64,000 nucleotides of DNA from Rhodosorus marinus CCMP1338 (taxonomy: Eukaryota > Plantae > Rhodophyta), in NCBI GenBank assembly GCA_029953675.1, contig JAMWBK010000006.1, positions 744,001 to 808,000 of the forward strand, in the 5' to 3' direction. The notes below the pieces were generated by a model. That model worked only from the letters and a program-made list of their open reading frames with translations, was not told the origin of the DNA and searched no databases. Below are positions 1 to 11,751 of the stretch, one piece after another (the first letter of the stretch is position 1; the number at the start of each line of letters is the position of its first letter). Position numbers and translations under genes: made by a program.

Positions 1-837
1 CAGCAAATCGACCGCCTTCAGTACATAAAAAGGCGAACAGGCCCGGCCAATACGACCGAGCTATCGAGAGGGATTCAAAGCACCTTGTCCGCTCGCAAGT
101 CCATCAGGTCCTGTAGACTGCACCCATTCGCCAGCTCCATCACAACGTATATTCTGGGTTCCTCGGGGTAATCAATTACCTCAATCAGCTCAATTACGTT
201 CGGATGTTTCTTCATTGATTTCATTATTCCTGGAAAGCGGGCACAGCGAATGAAGCTCTGTGTTCAGACATAGCTCACGTTATCCATAATCCACAAAATT
301 TTCTGCCGGATCTCTCCGTTCCGAACAAAGCATGAACCAAAGCATGAACCAAAGCATGGCCACGGCCAACTAACCGATCTCCCTCTTGATGCCATTTAGA
401 CCATCTGGAAGCTGTCACCGCGAAAACACGAAAATCTGGGTGAGAAACGCTCAACAGCAAAAGCACCCAGAAACAATGTGTCGCACCTTCATGATATGTT
501 TTCTCTCAATGATTTTGACGGCAACGACTCGTAAAGTGTTTACGTCTATCCCCTCCTTGACCTTGGCGTTTGCACCCTCCCCTAACTTGGCTCCAAGAAG
601 ATAATTGTGTATGGCCTTTGGCTTTGACTTTTCATCCGCCTTATTGTAATGTACTCGAAACTGCCCAACGTCCTCAAATCCATCGGAACCATCGTCGCTC
701 AGGTCCTTCTCGAATTGAGCCACTGGAGGAATATCCCCCTCGTACTCATACTTGAACCCCGAGCCGCTCTCCCCAAAAAAAACTTTTGACCCGGTTCTCG
801 TTTTGCGCTCCGGTCTAACCGGCGTTGCGGAGTTCAT
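1..837 (-). CDS. STK11/LKB1-like Ser/Thr protein kinase, 5' part (runs off the left edge; multi-exon)
   Basis: Exon 837-487 has YLLGAKLGEGANAKVKEGIDVNTLRVVAVKII (Gly loop and VAVK lysine). Manual splicing at GT-AG sites continues LPDGLNGIKREI / GIMKSMKKHPNVIELIEVIDYPEEPRIYVVMELANG, paralleling LKB1 subdomains III-V. The start ATG at 837 is inferred. Confidence 0.8.
326..358. repeat. 12-bp tandem repeat (CAAAGCATGAAC x~2.7) in a kinase intron
   Basis: Read directly from the sequence. Confidence 0.85.
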
Positions 838-1625
838 CAGTCCCAAGAAGGGCGAGCAGAGAAGACCTTCTTCTCTCCTTGTTTCTGAGGAGAAACGGAG
901 CAGCCAAAAATTTGTCCCCGATTTGCCCGTCACTGTACTCGCCTATTAACCCTAAGAAGCAACCCTCAATCGAACTACGCTGATCGCCCTTTCTCAAGCG
1001 CGACCGACCACTCACCGAGGACTCAAAACCCAGATGAACGGACACGACCCCCAAAGAAAGCTACCTCACTTTCATTACCAACACGACCTACCCTTCCCAA
1101 TCCATCTAAAACCCGCCCACCCACCAACCCCCAACCAAAACAAAGGGCAAGACCGCACCACCCTCCCCACCCAACCCCACCAAAAAATCCCCTCACGAAC
1201 GTAAGAGCCTTTCCGCTGACCACCGAGAAATACCTTGTACCCCTCACTCCCTCCCCCCTTCCATCTCATACCCATCCAAAACCTCACCTCCTGCTCCTCT
1301 CCTAACCACTCACCCCAACCCCTCCGATTTCGTTCTATATATGCTACTGGAACAGGACTCCCATGTCTAAAACTAACATAGTCTCCTGTCTGAAAGAAAA
1401 AGCAGTCCCCCCCTGCTCACTCCTTCCTAAGGAGAGTTGTAACGCGTCAACAGGACCCACTTTTTACGCGGCCCTGCTTTTTTCTCTAAAACGGAGTCGT
1501 TCACATCAACCCCCCAAAACCGAAGAAAAAACTCAGATCCATGGCGTTTTTACTAAGAAGAACTGTTCTTTTAGAATTCCAAAGAATTTTCAAGTAGTAC
1601 ATTCCATGGGAGTCTCGCATTACCG

Positions 1626-1774
1626 ACGAGTCTCACATCACTGAACGAGTCTCAAATCACTAAACAAGTCTCACATCACTGAACGAGTCTCAAATCACTA
1701 AACAAGTCTCACATCACTGATCGAGCTCATATCACAGTAAGAGTTTCACGTCACTGAACGACTTTCAAATCACT
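1626..1774. repeat. 19-bp minisatellite (~8 units, ACGAGTCTCACATCACTGA-like)
   Basis: Contiguous units without spacers; the first five alternate between two variants and the later ones decay. Confidence 0.9.
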
Positions 1775-1779
1775 CTCGC

Positions 1780-1970
1780 GTTTTGGTCGGAGGCTAAGGT
1801 CCCCGAATGAGTTATTCTAGGAAGGGCTGGGAGAGCGCGCCTCCAAGAACTAGTGCAGCATTAGTGCGCGAGAGAGTCAGACTCAAAGAAACATGCAGTC
1901 GGGAAAGAGAATCAGGGCGGTCGCAGTAACCACTCCCACAACCATCACACACCCCCAGCGCTATCTACGA
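1780..1970 (-). mobile_element. Fragment of dispersed LTR-like repeat family C
   Basis: Reverse complement matches 24289-24350, 35365-35455 and 15675-15760 (e.g. GACTGCATGTTTCTTTGAGTCT and TTGGAGGCGCGC). Confidence 0.65.
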
Positions 1971-3055
1971 TCACCAGACGAGTCGTCGATCGTTAAAAAA
2001 GAATATCGACAACATTTCACGTCAACTATGAAGAAATCCACTAAAAATCAACGGAGCCCCCAAGTCACCTATCCAATCAAAAAAAATTCCTCTCAGTTTT
2101 CGATAATCAAAAAATAAAAAAATAAACAGAATCCATCCACGTTTCTCATTCTGTGCTAAAATCTGCCAAACTCCGCGCGGAGTTTCCCATCACGATGTCG
2201 GAATCACAGGCAAGCGCGTCCCATCTAAAATCCAGAGTTTCCCATCACCAGAAAGAACGAGTTGGACTTCTCTACCTTTCAAACTTGAACACTCAAAAAA
2301 AAAAGCCGGATATTGTCTATGTTTCTAAAAAGAGGATGAAATCTAGAATATCTTGTTCAACCTACGATACGTTGCACAATAACATTAGGGGGTGTCTATT
2401 TTCGCAGCATCAGTGATAGCTTACTTTTGAGCACAAAATTTGAAATAGATATGTTTTTGGCCATTGTCTTTAAGGGGTTATGTGTTCATAGAGTTGGGGG
2501 ATGGTAGAGCTAGTTTTAGGAGTATATCTATCTTTTTATACGATTGTTGACATGATGTGAGGGTGACTAGGTTGGATTGGTGTTCGGAAAGGTCGTTGCC
2601 TTTTGTGGAAAGTCTACGCAATTGGAGTAGTGATGACAGAAGCATTGGCTTTGGCTTAGCTTCATCAGTTGAAGAGAAGGAACTTCATCGCGTGAGCTTT
2701 GCGTCTTTTCTCAATCCCAGGATGCCTGCGAGGTTGTTGATTGATCGAACCGACTCCCAACCTCTATTGAAAGATGATTGAGCCGTTCCGAACCTCGTGA
2801 AGGCTCTTGGCCCGGTGACGAACCGGTCATAGACTTCTCGAACAATATTGATCCACTGTACAAGCGGAGCTCCTCGCACAAGGCATGTAGATTGGCATCG
2901 GGACAACACCAATGTCGAGTACATTCTGACACAACGCGGTTGACGCACAGCGAAACGCCGGATATTGAACAACAAGAGCTTTCGCGATACAGAAATCAGC
3001 TCTTCCAATTTGTATATGAACACTAATCGATCACCCCGAGCAAATTGACAACACT

Positions 3056-3949
3056 TTACTCGTTGATTTGATCGAGCAACTTGAGCATCGAGCTTTTTTC
3101 TGTGAAGGCACCACCTTCTTCCAGGTTGAGGATCTTCACAATACCATCTTCGACATACATGGCGAATCGGCGAGATCGAGTGCCTCCAAACCCGCCAGTG
3201 TCCATCGAGATACCTAGTTGGGACGCGAAGTCTCCATTTCCATCGGATAACATGATCAGCTTTCGAAAATTCGAGGAAAAGAGCGATGAGGTCCCAGTTC
3301 AGTATCAAATCGAGCTATGGTATTTGCAAAAATTCATACCTCTTCTGGGGCAGCCAAGGACTTTTTCCATGCCTTCATTACAAAGGCATCGTTCACCGAG
3401 AAACATGTTGTTTCTATTCCCTTCGCATGACGAAACGTTGCAATTGACCAGTTAGTTAAAGCTGCCTCGTTCTGTTTCATCTCATGCTTATTACCTTGCT
3501 CTTGTACGTTGCAATGCACTTGATGTACTCTGGTACGTGCTTGTCACTACAAGTAGGTGTGAAAGCCCCTGGAACTCCACAGACCGCAACATTTTTTCCT
3601 TTGAATATCTCACCAACCGATCGTTCCTGTGCAGGACAGAAGTAGAAAACAAAACCCCACAGAGTAGACTAAGGAGACAGCAGAGCAACCCTTCACTGAA
3701 CTGTACAAGTTACAAGTTCATTCATTCCTCACCGTCTTCTGGCCGTCAACGAAAGTTTCGAGCTTCATCTCCAACGGAAGCAATGATCCTACTCCAATCA
3801 TGTTAGAAAGGAACCTGGATTGACACGCGAGTTCTGTTCAGCTCTTCAAAATGCGATATAAGCCGCGAGCCCTGTCATCGGTACACAAACCTCCGCCCCC
3901 CTGCACGATCCAGCTTCGTCGAAATCCTGAGCATTGAGCTGAGCACCAT
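3056..3949 (-). CDS. Type II peroxiredoxin (PRX5/PrxII family), multi-exon, possible N-terminal targeting peptide
   Basis: Spliced reading gives KGKNVAVCGVPGAFTPTCSDKHVPEY...GIETTCFSVNDAFVMKAW...MLSDGNGDF...GTRSRRFAMYVEDGIVKILNLEEGG, with the peroxidatic Cys motif PGAFTPTC. The 5' exon is uncertain. Confidence 0.9.
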
Positions 3950-4657
3950 GTTCGCTTTAAGAAGAGATCAGTAAACAGGAGCAGTCCGGAAGAGCAAATT
4001 ACGAAAGATTTACTCCTTCAAGTTGACGAAGTTTCCTCGAAACGTCCTAATGCCAGACTGCATTGTTAACAATATGGAAGCTGGCTGGATGTTCACTGAA
4101 CACGGGATGCAACTTTTAAGCAACGGATGACGTGTGTAGTCCCTACCGGATGGTAAGGGAAGGGTGGTGTCCCGAAGTGAAATGGTTGGACCGACTCTAA
4201 GATGTGGGGAGGAAGATGGCAATAGAAACAAGCGGGAGTTCCGCTGAAAGGGATCAGCGGACAGAGAACGTGAAGTGGTTCCCCCAGTGATGCTGGCGGA
4301 GAAGAGTCAAGAACCGTGTTCGGACCTTGTAAGTATCAACTGCAAACGTTCTTCAAACACCGACAAGGAAGATACGATGCTACGACCGCAGAGAGCGCAG
4401 ACACCATCTCGGCTAGGGTGTACCGAAGAAAGGTGAAGGCGGAAGAGAGTATCCGTTAGCTCATCGACAACCCACCCGCACGGTTTCCATCGATTTTGCT
4501 TCTGTGCCAAAGAAAAGCAGGTGCCGCGCCTGGGCCCCCTTGGTGGGTGGCACTCCCACCTGGAGGGGTACCACATAAAAAAATGCAAGTAGAAAAAGGT
4601 ATAAAAGGTGTAAGACGCTATTACCTGCGAAAAAGGTTTAAAGAATAGCTCAAACGT

Positions 4658-4845
4658 GAACTGGGCTCATACCCTGTTAACAACCCAGGTGTATGAGCGT
4701 CGTTGATCCTCTGCTTATCTCCGTGTTGATGCGTGCACGCCTCTCTGGAGTCCATCATCCGCTTGGCAGCTCGTCAAGACAAAGACAAGCAGAGGATCAA
4801 TGACACTCATACACCTGGTTTGTTACCAGGTTATTAGCCCAGTTC
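4658..4845. repeat. Long inverted repeat (63-bp arms, 62-bp spacer); MITE-like element or hairpin
   Basis: 4658-4720 is the reverse complement of 4783-4845 with 7 mismatches in 63 bp. Confidence 0.9.
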
Positions 4846-6132
4846 GACCTGTGGTTAGAAAGTGTTGGGGAGAGAAGTAAGCACGGAGGGAGATGCTGCG
4901 GACCATTTGATCCTGCACGAATTCATGAAATCTCCACACTAGAGTCTAACGAGGGTTACCGGAAGTGGGCAACACAAGCAAAGTCACGTAAATATGACTT
5001 GTACCTGTGCTCGGGAATATGCTGACAACCCAAATATGGGTTCAAGAGTTCATCGAACAAAAACTGGCAGAGCGATCGACATGCCGATGGCCGCGTTCAC
5101 TGCGAAACTACTCATGTCTCTGGTGGGCGACTACTAGACAGTCGGATGTCGCGGCACGTAGCCGTGCAGTTACAGTACGCGCGCGAGGAATACACTTCGG
5201 GTGAGGTGCAACTTAGACATCTCGGCACGGATGAGATGATTGCTGATGTTCTCAAAAAGGCGCTCAACAACGATCGTACAGAGAAACTGAGATGCGGTGT
5301 TAGTCCGGTGGAGCGACTTTCCTCGATGCACAAGGCCGGAGGGGAGTATTGGCCGTTATTGACTTTGCGTCCTTAGCATGGTTGCAAGGTCAGACCAGAT
5401 AGCGTCGCTGGGACAGTGCATTCGGTGCATAGATAGAATACTGTACATCTGAAGTAGAATGAACGAGGACCTCCAAAGTGGTTGTCAATCATTGCAGGAA
5501 TAGACTACTTAAGCCCAAAGCGGGGCGTGCGGGACAGGGAAGCAGTAAAGAAGGCACGGAAGCTTGGCGAAATACAACGGAGGTCACATTTTTCGCGTTT
5601 CACAATTTTGGCGATTCTGGTGAATGATACTTTTAGGGTTGTGGTCGTGGTGCCATCGGCAGGGAATTGGAAGTTATTTCTGGTATTTACCAGTAAACGC
5701 GAAAACAACCCCAATTTCGAGGGGTTTTGTGTTCATTAACCGCGTAATATCGGAAATTGACGGTACTTGTTTTCAAAATCAGTTCTCACGAACTCAAAAA
5801 CGGGGAAAATAGGAAAGTATAACATTGAGAATTAATTCTCAATTGCAGGCCCCTCAAATGGTAACAAAAATCAACTTTCTGTACCAAGCGAAAGTCGCCC
5901 TTTTTTTTTCTTAGAAGCTTGGAACTTTTTTGGCGGGTGTGCCTGATCCGAGTCAATCTAAACTGAAACCGTACTGATTGAGTGGAGGTTTGTCTGCGTC
6001 AAGGGGACTCCAATTTTGTGTGGTACCCTTTTGAGAATTTCACGCTTTTTTACACTTTTTACAGTTTTTTTGCTTTTTTACACTTTTTATCACTGCATCT
6101 AAGGTCGACTGATCCTAGAATTATCCATTTAT

Positions 6133-6385
6133 TAGGGTTGTCTCCTCCGTCCGATAAAAATACGTCCGATTGCGTCCGATAAATATCGGATTGTCTGATA
6201 ACAGTTTATCGGACCTATATTACGTAATAATAGGGCATATATTCTGTTACCCCCTGTCTGATACAAGCTTATCGGACCTGAATATAAAAGAAAAACTAGG
6301 CTTCGTCCGATAAATGGCCCGACAACCACCGATTGCGTCCGATATTTTTCAATGCATCTTTTTCGGTGCAGGGTCGTTCGGCGGG
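6133..6385 (+). mobile_element. hAT-like transposon end with subterminal TCCGAT/ATCGGA repeats
   Basis: Begins TAGGGTTGTC exactly where it diverges from the homologous flank at 10722-10757; carries about 10 TCCGAT/ATCGGA motifs; an inverted second copy lies at 23765-23995. Confidence 0.6.
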
Positions 6386-6664
6386 GGGGGCGGTATCTTC
6401 CTTCTGAGAGCATAGAGGGCACGGCGAACCCATCTCGGAAGGCCAGGGCGGCTGATGCAAGCCGAAGTATAAGCGCAGAGATGTGCGCACTTCGAAACCT
6501 GTGAGTGTGAGTGGCGGAAAAGCGGGGACGGTCATGAGCCACTGAGAGCTAATACACCTTCCAGGACCACGCAGCCGGGCACGATCTCGGGAAGATGAGA
6601 CCATCTTCGCGAGAGGTCGGCCGTAGGCAGCGTGGTTCAAGTCCCAAGAAAGCGTGTTTTGCAG
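6385..6664 (-). mobile_element. Internal fragment of the CRE-like element (endonuclease N-terminal region)
   Basis: LQNTLSWDLNHAAYGR...SSQWLMTVPAFPPLTLTGFEVRTSLRLYFGLHQPPWPSEMGSPCPLC matches 22825-23100. Confidence 0.9.
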
Positions 6665-6971
6665 TATCGATACTTATGCCGACTCATCGCGATCTAAACA
6701 AGGTAGATATCTTGCCGTTGTTCTGAACACGTGCCATAATGAAGCATGCTGCAAATGTAGACAAAGAGAGGTTTTCTATTGGTTTTGAGGATAAATCAAA
6801 GGAAATCATAACATGTACATATATGTGCTTTAATTTTGACATTTAGATAAGACTTAGAAATACATGGTCAAGAACAAAAGTCCGTAGGCTGTGCACACAA
6901 TAGATAAGCGGGAGGACTGGAAAGGAACATCTATGGCGAATTTTTCGCCTCCTATGCGGTTGCTACCTTTT

Positions 6972-7867
6972 CTAAAACCGATGAGGGAACGCTTCCATGT
7001 ACGACTCAACAGGATCTTCTCCGAAGTACACCTTCCTCAACCGCGTCTGGGAAGGACTGTTTACGCATAGTAAGCGCCTCTTCCGAATGACTTGAACACC
7101 GCGTCCTTGCACATACCACACACCAAGAGAGACTAGCGGGATCAGGAACACTGCAAACACGAGGTTGAACGCAATGTGCTCCCAGATCTTCATGCTTTGC
7201 TGGAACTGGAAGGTAGAACCAAAGAGCATTATATACAGTGAGCGAGGTGTTAAGGATGAAAGTGAGAAAGTCTGTCATCTTACCCCGTAAGGCCACCATC
7301 CATCGTTGATTTTCGCACAGAGAAGGGACCAGGATGCGAAGAATACCATGTAGCCTTCGGTGGCTAGGATATCGGATACTGGTCTTCGTTCAGCCTTCTC
7401 TCTGAATAGAACTTCGTACACTGCGAATACGAGCGGAGGCCCATGAAGAAAATGCATGTAAAAGTCGAAGTCCTCAACCTGCAGCGCAGGTTGAGGACTT
7501 CGGGGTTACGTTAGTCTGGGACTAACGGGTCCCGTGTCATTGGATCGAAATGCACAACCGCGTAATACATCCCTCCCATAAGTATACCCAAAGTGCAAAC
7601 AAGTCCGCTGAGCCTTTCCACCATCCCAGCGAAGACTCTGACCTGCTTGCCGAACATGTAGTCTACCACACACAAGCACAAGTACAGGAGGATGATGAAA
7701 TTGGTCTGCACAGTCAGGAACACAAAGTTTCCGCCAAAGTTGTTGGCAGGTCTATCATCTCTATCCGGAGACCACAGCATCTGCGTAGACGTTATCCCAA
7801 TAAACAAAAACAGCACCAACATGTACAGCGTCGGCTGCACCTTGTGCACAGCAAGATCCATCCCCAT
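6972..7867 (-). pseudogene. FAR-17a/AIG1-like membrane protein, copy 1, disrupted by a 45-nt fold-back insertion
   Basis: Nearly identical to copies 2 and 3. 7483-7527 replaces 7 nt, giving a frameshift and a premature TAA at 7511-7513. Intron at 7206-7283. Confidence 0.85.
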
Positions 7868-8139
7868 TCCAATGAAAAACGAAATACAAACTAGAAAGGC
7901 GCCCTTCCCTAAACAAACTAGTTCTCACCCATGCGTATCACTCTCACGAACAGAACCATACTCTACCTCTGCTCTACATCTCTACGAGCCGGAGCGGGGA
8001 AAGCTTAATACTGATCGATCTACTTATAAGCCGTTGGTGCTTGCCAGTTCAAGAACCAGCGAACGAATCTGCGGGACCTCGACCTCTGACGCTCACCCAG
8101 TTTTCCCCACTGCTCGACCTGTAAGCCCCAACCCGTCCT

Positions 8140-9290
8140 CAACTAACCACTAAATACATCTAAATAGCTATCTAATAGTTAAAGTTCTCCGTAATTATAC
8201 TTGTATTATACATATGTACAAAGTATATACTTTACGGTGTAAACCGTTCAGTAGTCGAAGGAGTCTGGTATATGAATGAATGGGTTTAGTTGGACGAAAG
8301 CGGCTGAGTCTATAACTTGCAAGCTTTCTACTTTGAAAAGGAGTTTCATTTATTCTAAGATTTCAGGTGCGAGTTTACCCCCCCCCCAAAATGAAGCAAA
8401 CGAGGATCATGATTTATGAATATTTAAGTGAAATTACAAACAACCTGGCCCCGAATCCTACCCCTGCGAACAGATGCTTTTTTCTATCGCAGTATTTCTT
8501 TGTGGTCAATACCCAGCCGTTAGGCGTGTTAGTATCCTACTATTGTTTTTGTATATTTTTACCTAGAAGTATTCGGAACTCGAAATCCTAAAAACTTGAG
8601 AGGGAACTAAGCGGGGCCCTTGAGATTTCCTTGAAAACGTTAAAACCGCTTGGACAGAGGAAAAGAGGGCTAAATATGTTCAGACGCGCCTCTTTTCATC
8701 TCGGAGGGTAAAAATAGATCAAAGAGGGGACGGGCAAGTTCGCGGATCGCAGCGGGAAGTCCGTTTCGCCATGGAAACTTACGAATTATGAACTCAGGAC
8801 TCTCTTACGACTAAACCCTTTCATTCTTACAAAACTTCAGCTCTGTACGCATCCAAAAAGTGTTGAAAAGGGTGCCGTCCAAAACACGTTGAAGGCGCCG
8901 TCGCAAAAAAGGTAGAGCGCACAGAGGAATAGATCACGCGCGGTTCCTGCCATTCGTATTTTGAGCTGTTTGTCTTTTGCGCTAAAAACAATCGCTACTG
9001 CCAGGGGGCCTCCGCTATAAGAAAACTGGAGCCGGTCAGGCTCCCATCAATATGCATAAACTGGACACGGTCGGACACCCACCGATATTAGAAAATTGGA
9101 AGACAATTTCATTTTACGTCTGGCGTAGCGCATCAGGCTATTTTAGTAAAAGCATCACCCTATCAAGAGAAAGGTTGAAAGTCAAGCGCGATCCCAAACA
9201 GTTGAAAGCACGAATAGCCTCAAAAAGGTGACTTTCCAGACCAGAAACCACTAACAAACTCACTTCACCCACCTCAACCAACTTCTCTGG
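8140..9290. repeat. Dispersed ~1-kb repeat 'unit B', copy 1 (upstream flank of the AIG1-like gene)
   Basis: Shared blocks (AATGAAGCAAACGAGGATCATGATTTATGAATATTT; CTTACGACTAAACC; CGCCATCAAYATRC) recur at 13100-14830, 27590-28503 and 29358-30970. Confidence 0.75.
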
Positions 9291-10529
9291 GTCACACGAA
9301 GCAACACCATCGATGTGGCTCAGTACTCAGGACCAACAATGGAACCTGTATGGAGTTTGCACTTCTTACTCAGGTGGGTCGAGGTTTAACCGTTCTTTAC
9401 AGGAAGGCCCTTCGTGTCTTTGCGGTCTTCCTGGGCCCCGGCGTCGGATGGCTACGCCGACTCAGCGTCACGCGTTCCAGCTCCCCGGGGTAGATAGGCT
9501 CTGAATCAAGTGACCGGATATTCGGATGCAAGTTGGGCGTGTGAAGAGGGAACCAGTACGAGTAGGGCAGGATCGTTGGTGATGAACGATAGATCACAGG
9601 TGACCTATCGTTCATGGACGCAAAGATCGATTGCTCAGTCAACCGCGAAGGCCGAATATCAAGCTCGTGAATATGTTGACACCCCAACTATTGGTTCAAG
9701 AGTTCATTGAACAAACTGGCAGCGCGATCACGTGCCGATGGCCACGTTCACTGCGCAATAACTCATGTCTACGGGGGGCGACTAGTGGAAACAGTCCGAC
9801 GTCGCGGCACTTATCTGTGAAGTTATAGTACACACGCGAGAAATGCACTTCGGAGGTGCTACTTAAATATCTCGGCACGGATGAGAAGATTGAAGATTGC
9901 TGATGTTCTCAAGAAGGCGCTCAACAAGGATCGTACAGAGAAACTGAGATGCGGTGCTGTGCTCCACCGCACTACAGTTTCTCTGAACGATCCTTGTTGA
10001 GCGCCTCGATGCTTAAGGCCGAGGGGGAGTGTTGGCCGGTATTGACTTTGCGTCCTTAGCAAAATTGAAAGGTCAGACCAGATAGCGTAGCTGGTACAGT
10101 GCATTCGGTGTATAGATGGAATGCTATAGACCTAAAGTAGAATCAACGGGACCTCGAAAGTGGACGTCATCATTGCAGGAATAGACTACTTTTAGGCCCA
10201 AAGCGTGGCGTGCGGGACAGGGAAGCAGTAAAGAAGGCACGGAAGTTTGGCGAAATACAGCGGAGGTCGCTTGTTTCGATCAAAACGATATTGGCGATTC
10301 TGGTGAACGATACTCTCACATCGATACTTATGCGATGTGAGCGCAATCTAAACAAGACAGATGTTGGGGTCCAATGCAATGTTTCAGTACAAGATGGGAA
10401 GGTGGCCGCTGGTGGTTTACCCCGCGCTTGCCGCTGTTCCGAACATGTGCTACAGGGGCAAGGGGGGGCAAGTACAGTTTTATATGACACCCTCTTGAGA
10501 ATTTTATAGCTTTTTCCCTTTAGTTTTTA

Positions 10530-10704
10530 GGAGGCTGAAAGAAAATAACCCCGAGGGAAAAAAAAGAGTAAGCCCGGCGAAGATTGCGCGCCTCCAACAT
10601 CAAACCGGCGTTCATACGCCACAGCAAGAAACTTAAACGGGTAAACAACGAGGACAGACGGTCAGGGTGTTCGCGGAACAATTCCCGAAGCAACGAGAAC
10701 CAAC
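10530..10704 (-). mobile_element. Short 3' fragment of the CRE-like element
   Basis: Matches 23535-23705 (RWLRELFRE...3' UTR). Confidence 0.9.
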
Positions 10705-10914
10705 GTCTTTATCTGGACTTTACTAGGGTCGACTGACCCTAGAACTATCCATTTATGTACAGACGTTATCCAGAACACTCCGAAAGCCTGTTCAGAGCGG
10801 AAAAGCTATTCAGGGGCTTTCAAAAGCGTGGGAACTTAGTGTAGTAGGTCGTTGTCATCACAAACCAGCTCTCAAAGCTCGATATACAGTGGTTTCCGAG
10901 CTTTTCTTAAAGCA

Positions 10915-11751
10915 TTGAATGAATTTATTTAATCGGAGGCTGAAAGAAAAAAACAAACTCCGAGGGGATAAAAAAGGCTAAGCGCGGCGAAGATCGCGTG
11001 CCCCCAACATCAAAGCAGCGCTCATACGCCACAGCAAGAAACTTGAACTGGTAAACAACGAGGACAGACGGTCAGGGCGTTCGCGGAACAATTCCCGAAG
11101 CCAACGAGGACCAATGGAATCTATAAACCCCAAGCACTCAAACACCAGAGGTATCAGGCGATGAGCCAGAGCCGAAGCATGAAGGCCTGGGGAAGACAAG
11201 GCCCCCGCATATTTCAACTCTTTGCGACGTCTCATAGTGGCAGCGGCAAATCCCCGGCGCTCTCCCGCAGCCGGCAAATAGCGACTAGCTTGAGGATGAG
11301 GAAGAGCAAGATCAACTTACGTCGTACGGCAGCTATCGTCACAGGTGACCACGAGGTCAGCCACGCGGCGTTCATCATTCTGGTATTCTGCAACAGGCAG
11401 GGGCTGCATGTTCAATTTTAAGACCGGCTTGCCGTACGACAGGTCGAAGTTCGCGGTATAATAGGTTCAAGATCCACGTATGTCGTCGGGTTCGGGCGCC
11501 TTTCACCGCGGGGCAGCTGGCGAGCTGGTGAGCGCCAAAATCCGCGGTATCTTCGTTCTGAGAGCATAGATTGCATGGCGATCCCACCTCGGAAGACCAG
11601 GGCGGCCGATGCAAGCCGAGGTATGAACGCAGAGAAGTGCGCAGTTCGAAATCTGTGAGTGCGAGTGGCGGAAAAGCCGGGACGGTCATGAGCCACTGAG
11701 AGCTGAGAAACCTTCCAAGGCTACGCAGCTGGGCGCGATCTCGGGAAGATG
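10915..11751 (-). mobile_element. 5'-truncated CRE-like copy (~840 bp: endonuclease and 3' end)
   Basis: SSSRDRAQLRSLG...CNLC...HQLASCPAVKGARTRRH...RRRKELKY...LIPLVFECLG; ends AATTCATTCAA. Confidence 0.9.

Larger units (their letters stand above)
5005..6813 (+). mobile_element. Ty1/copia 3' remnant, copy 1: RNase H C-terminus, PPT and 3' LTR (5347-6813, interrupted by an insertion at ~5634-6664)
   Basis: SRHVAVQLQYAREEYTSGEVQLRHLGTDEMIADVLKKAL resembles the copia RNase H end. A purine tract (GGAGGGGAG) precedes TATTGGCC, and the LTR ends ATCATAACA as in the other two copies. Confidence 0.8.

Noticed and set aside
1626-1774. Possible CRISPR array
   Set aside because: Units are contiguous with no unique spacers, the context is eukaryotic, and no cas genes are present.
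5632-5640. TTTAGGG / TTAGGG telomere-like seeds (also 6132)
   Set aside because: Single units only; better explained as TAGGGTTG transposon termini at insertion junctions.
7550-8153. Plus-strand ORFs 7550-7894 and 7692-8153 (and 12453-13140, 26928-27254)
   Set aside because: Antisense shadows of the AIG1-like gene, repeated only because the cassette is repeated.
10170-10509. Repeated ORFs such as 'RTPRFG' / 'DREAVKKARK' (also 5482-5739, 25644-26033)
   Set aside because: They lie inside the copia LTR defined by the PPT and TG...CA termini, and the frames are not conserved among the three copies.
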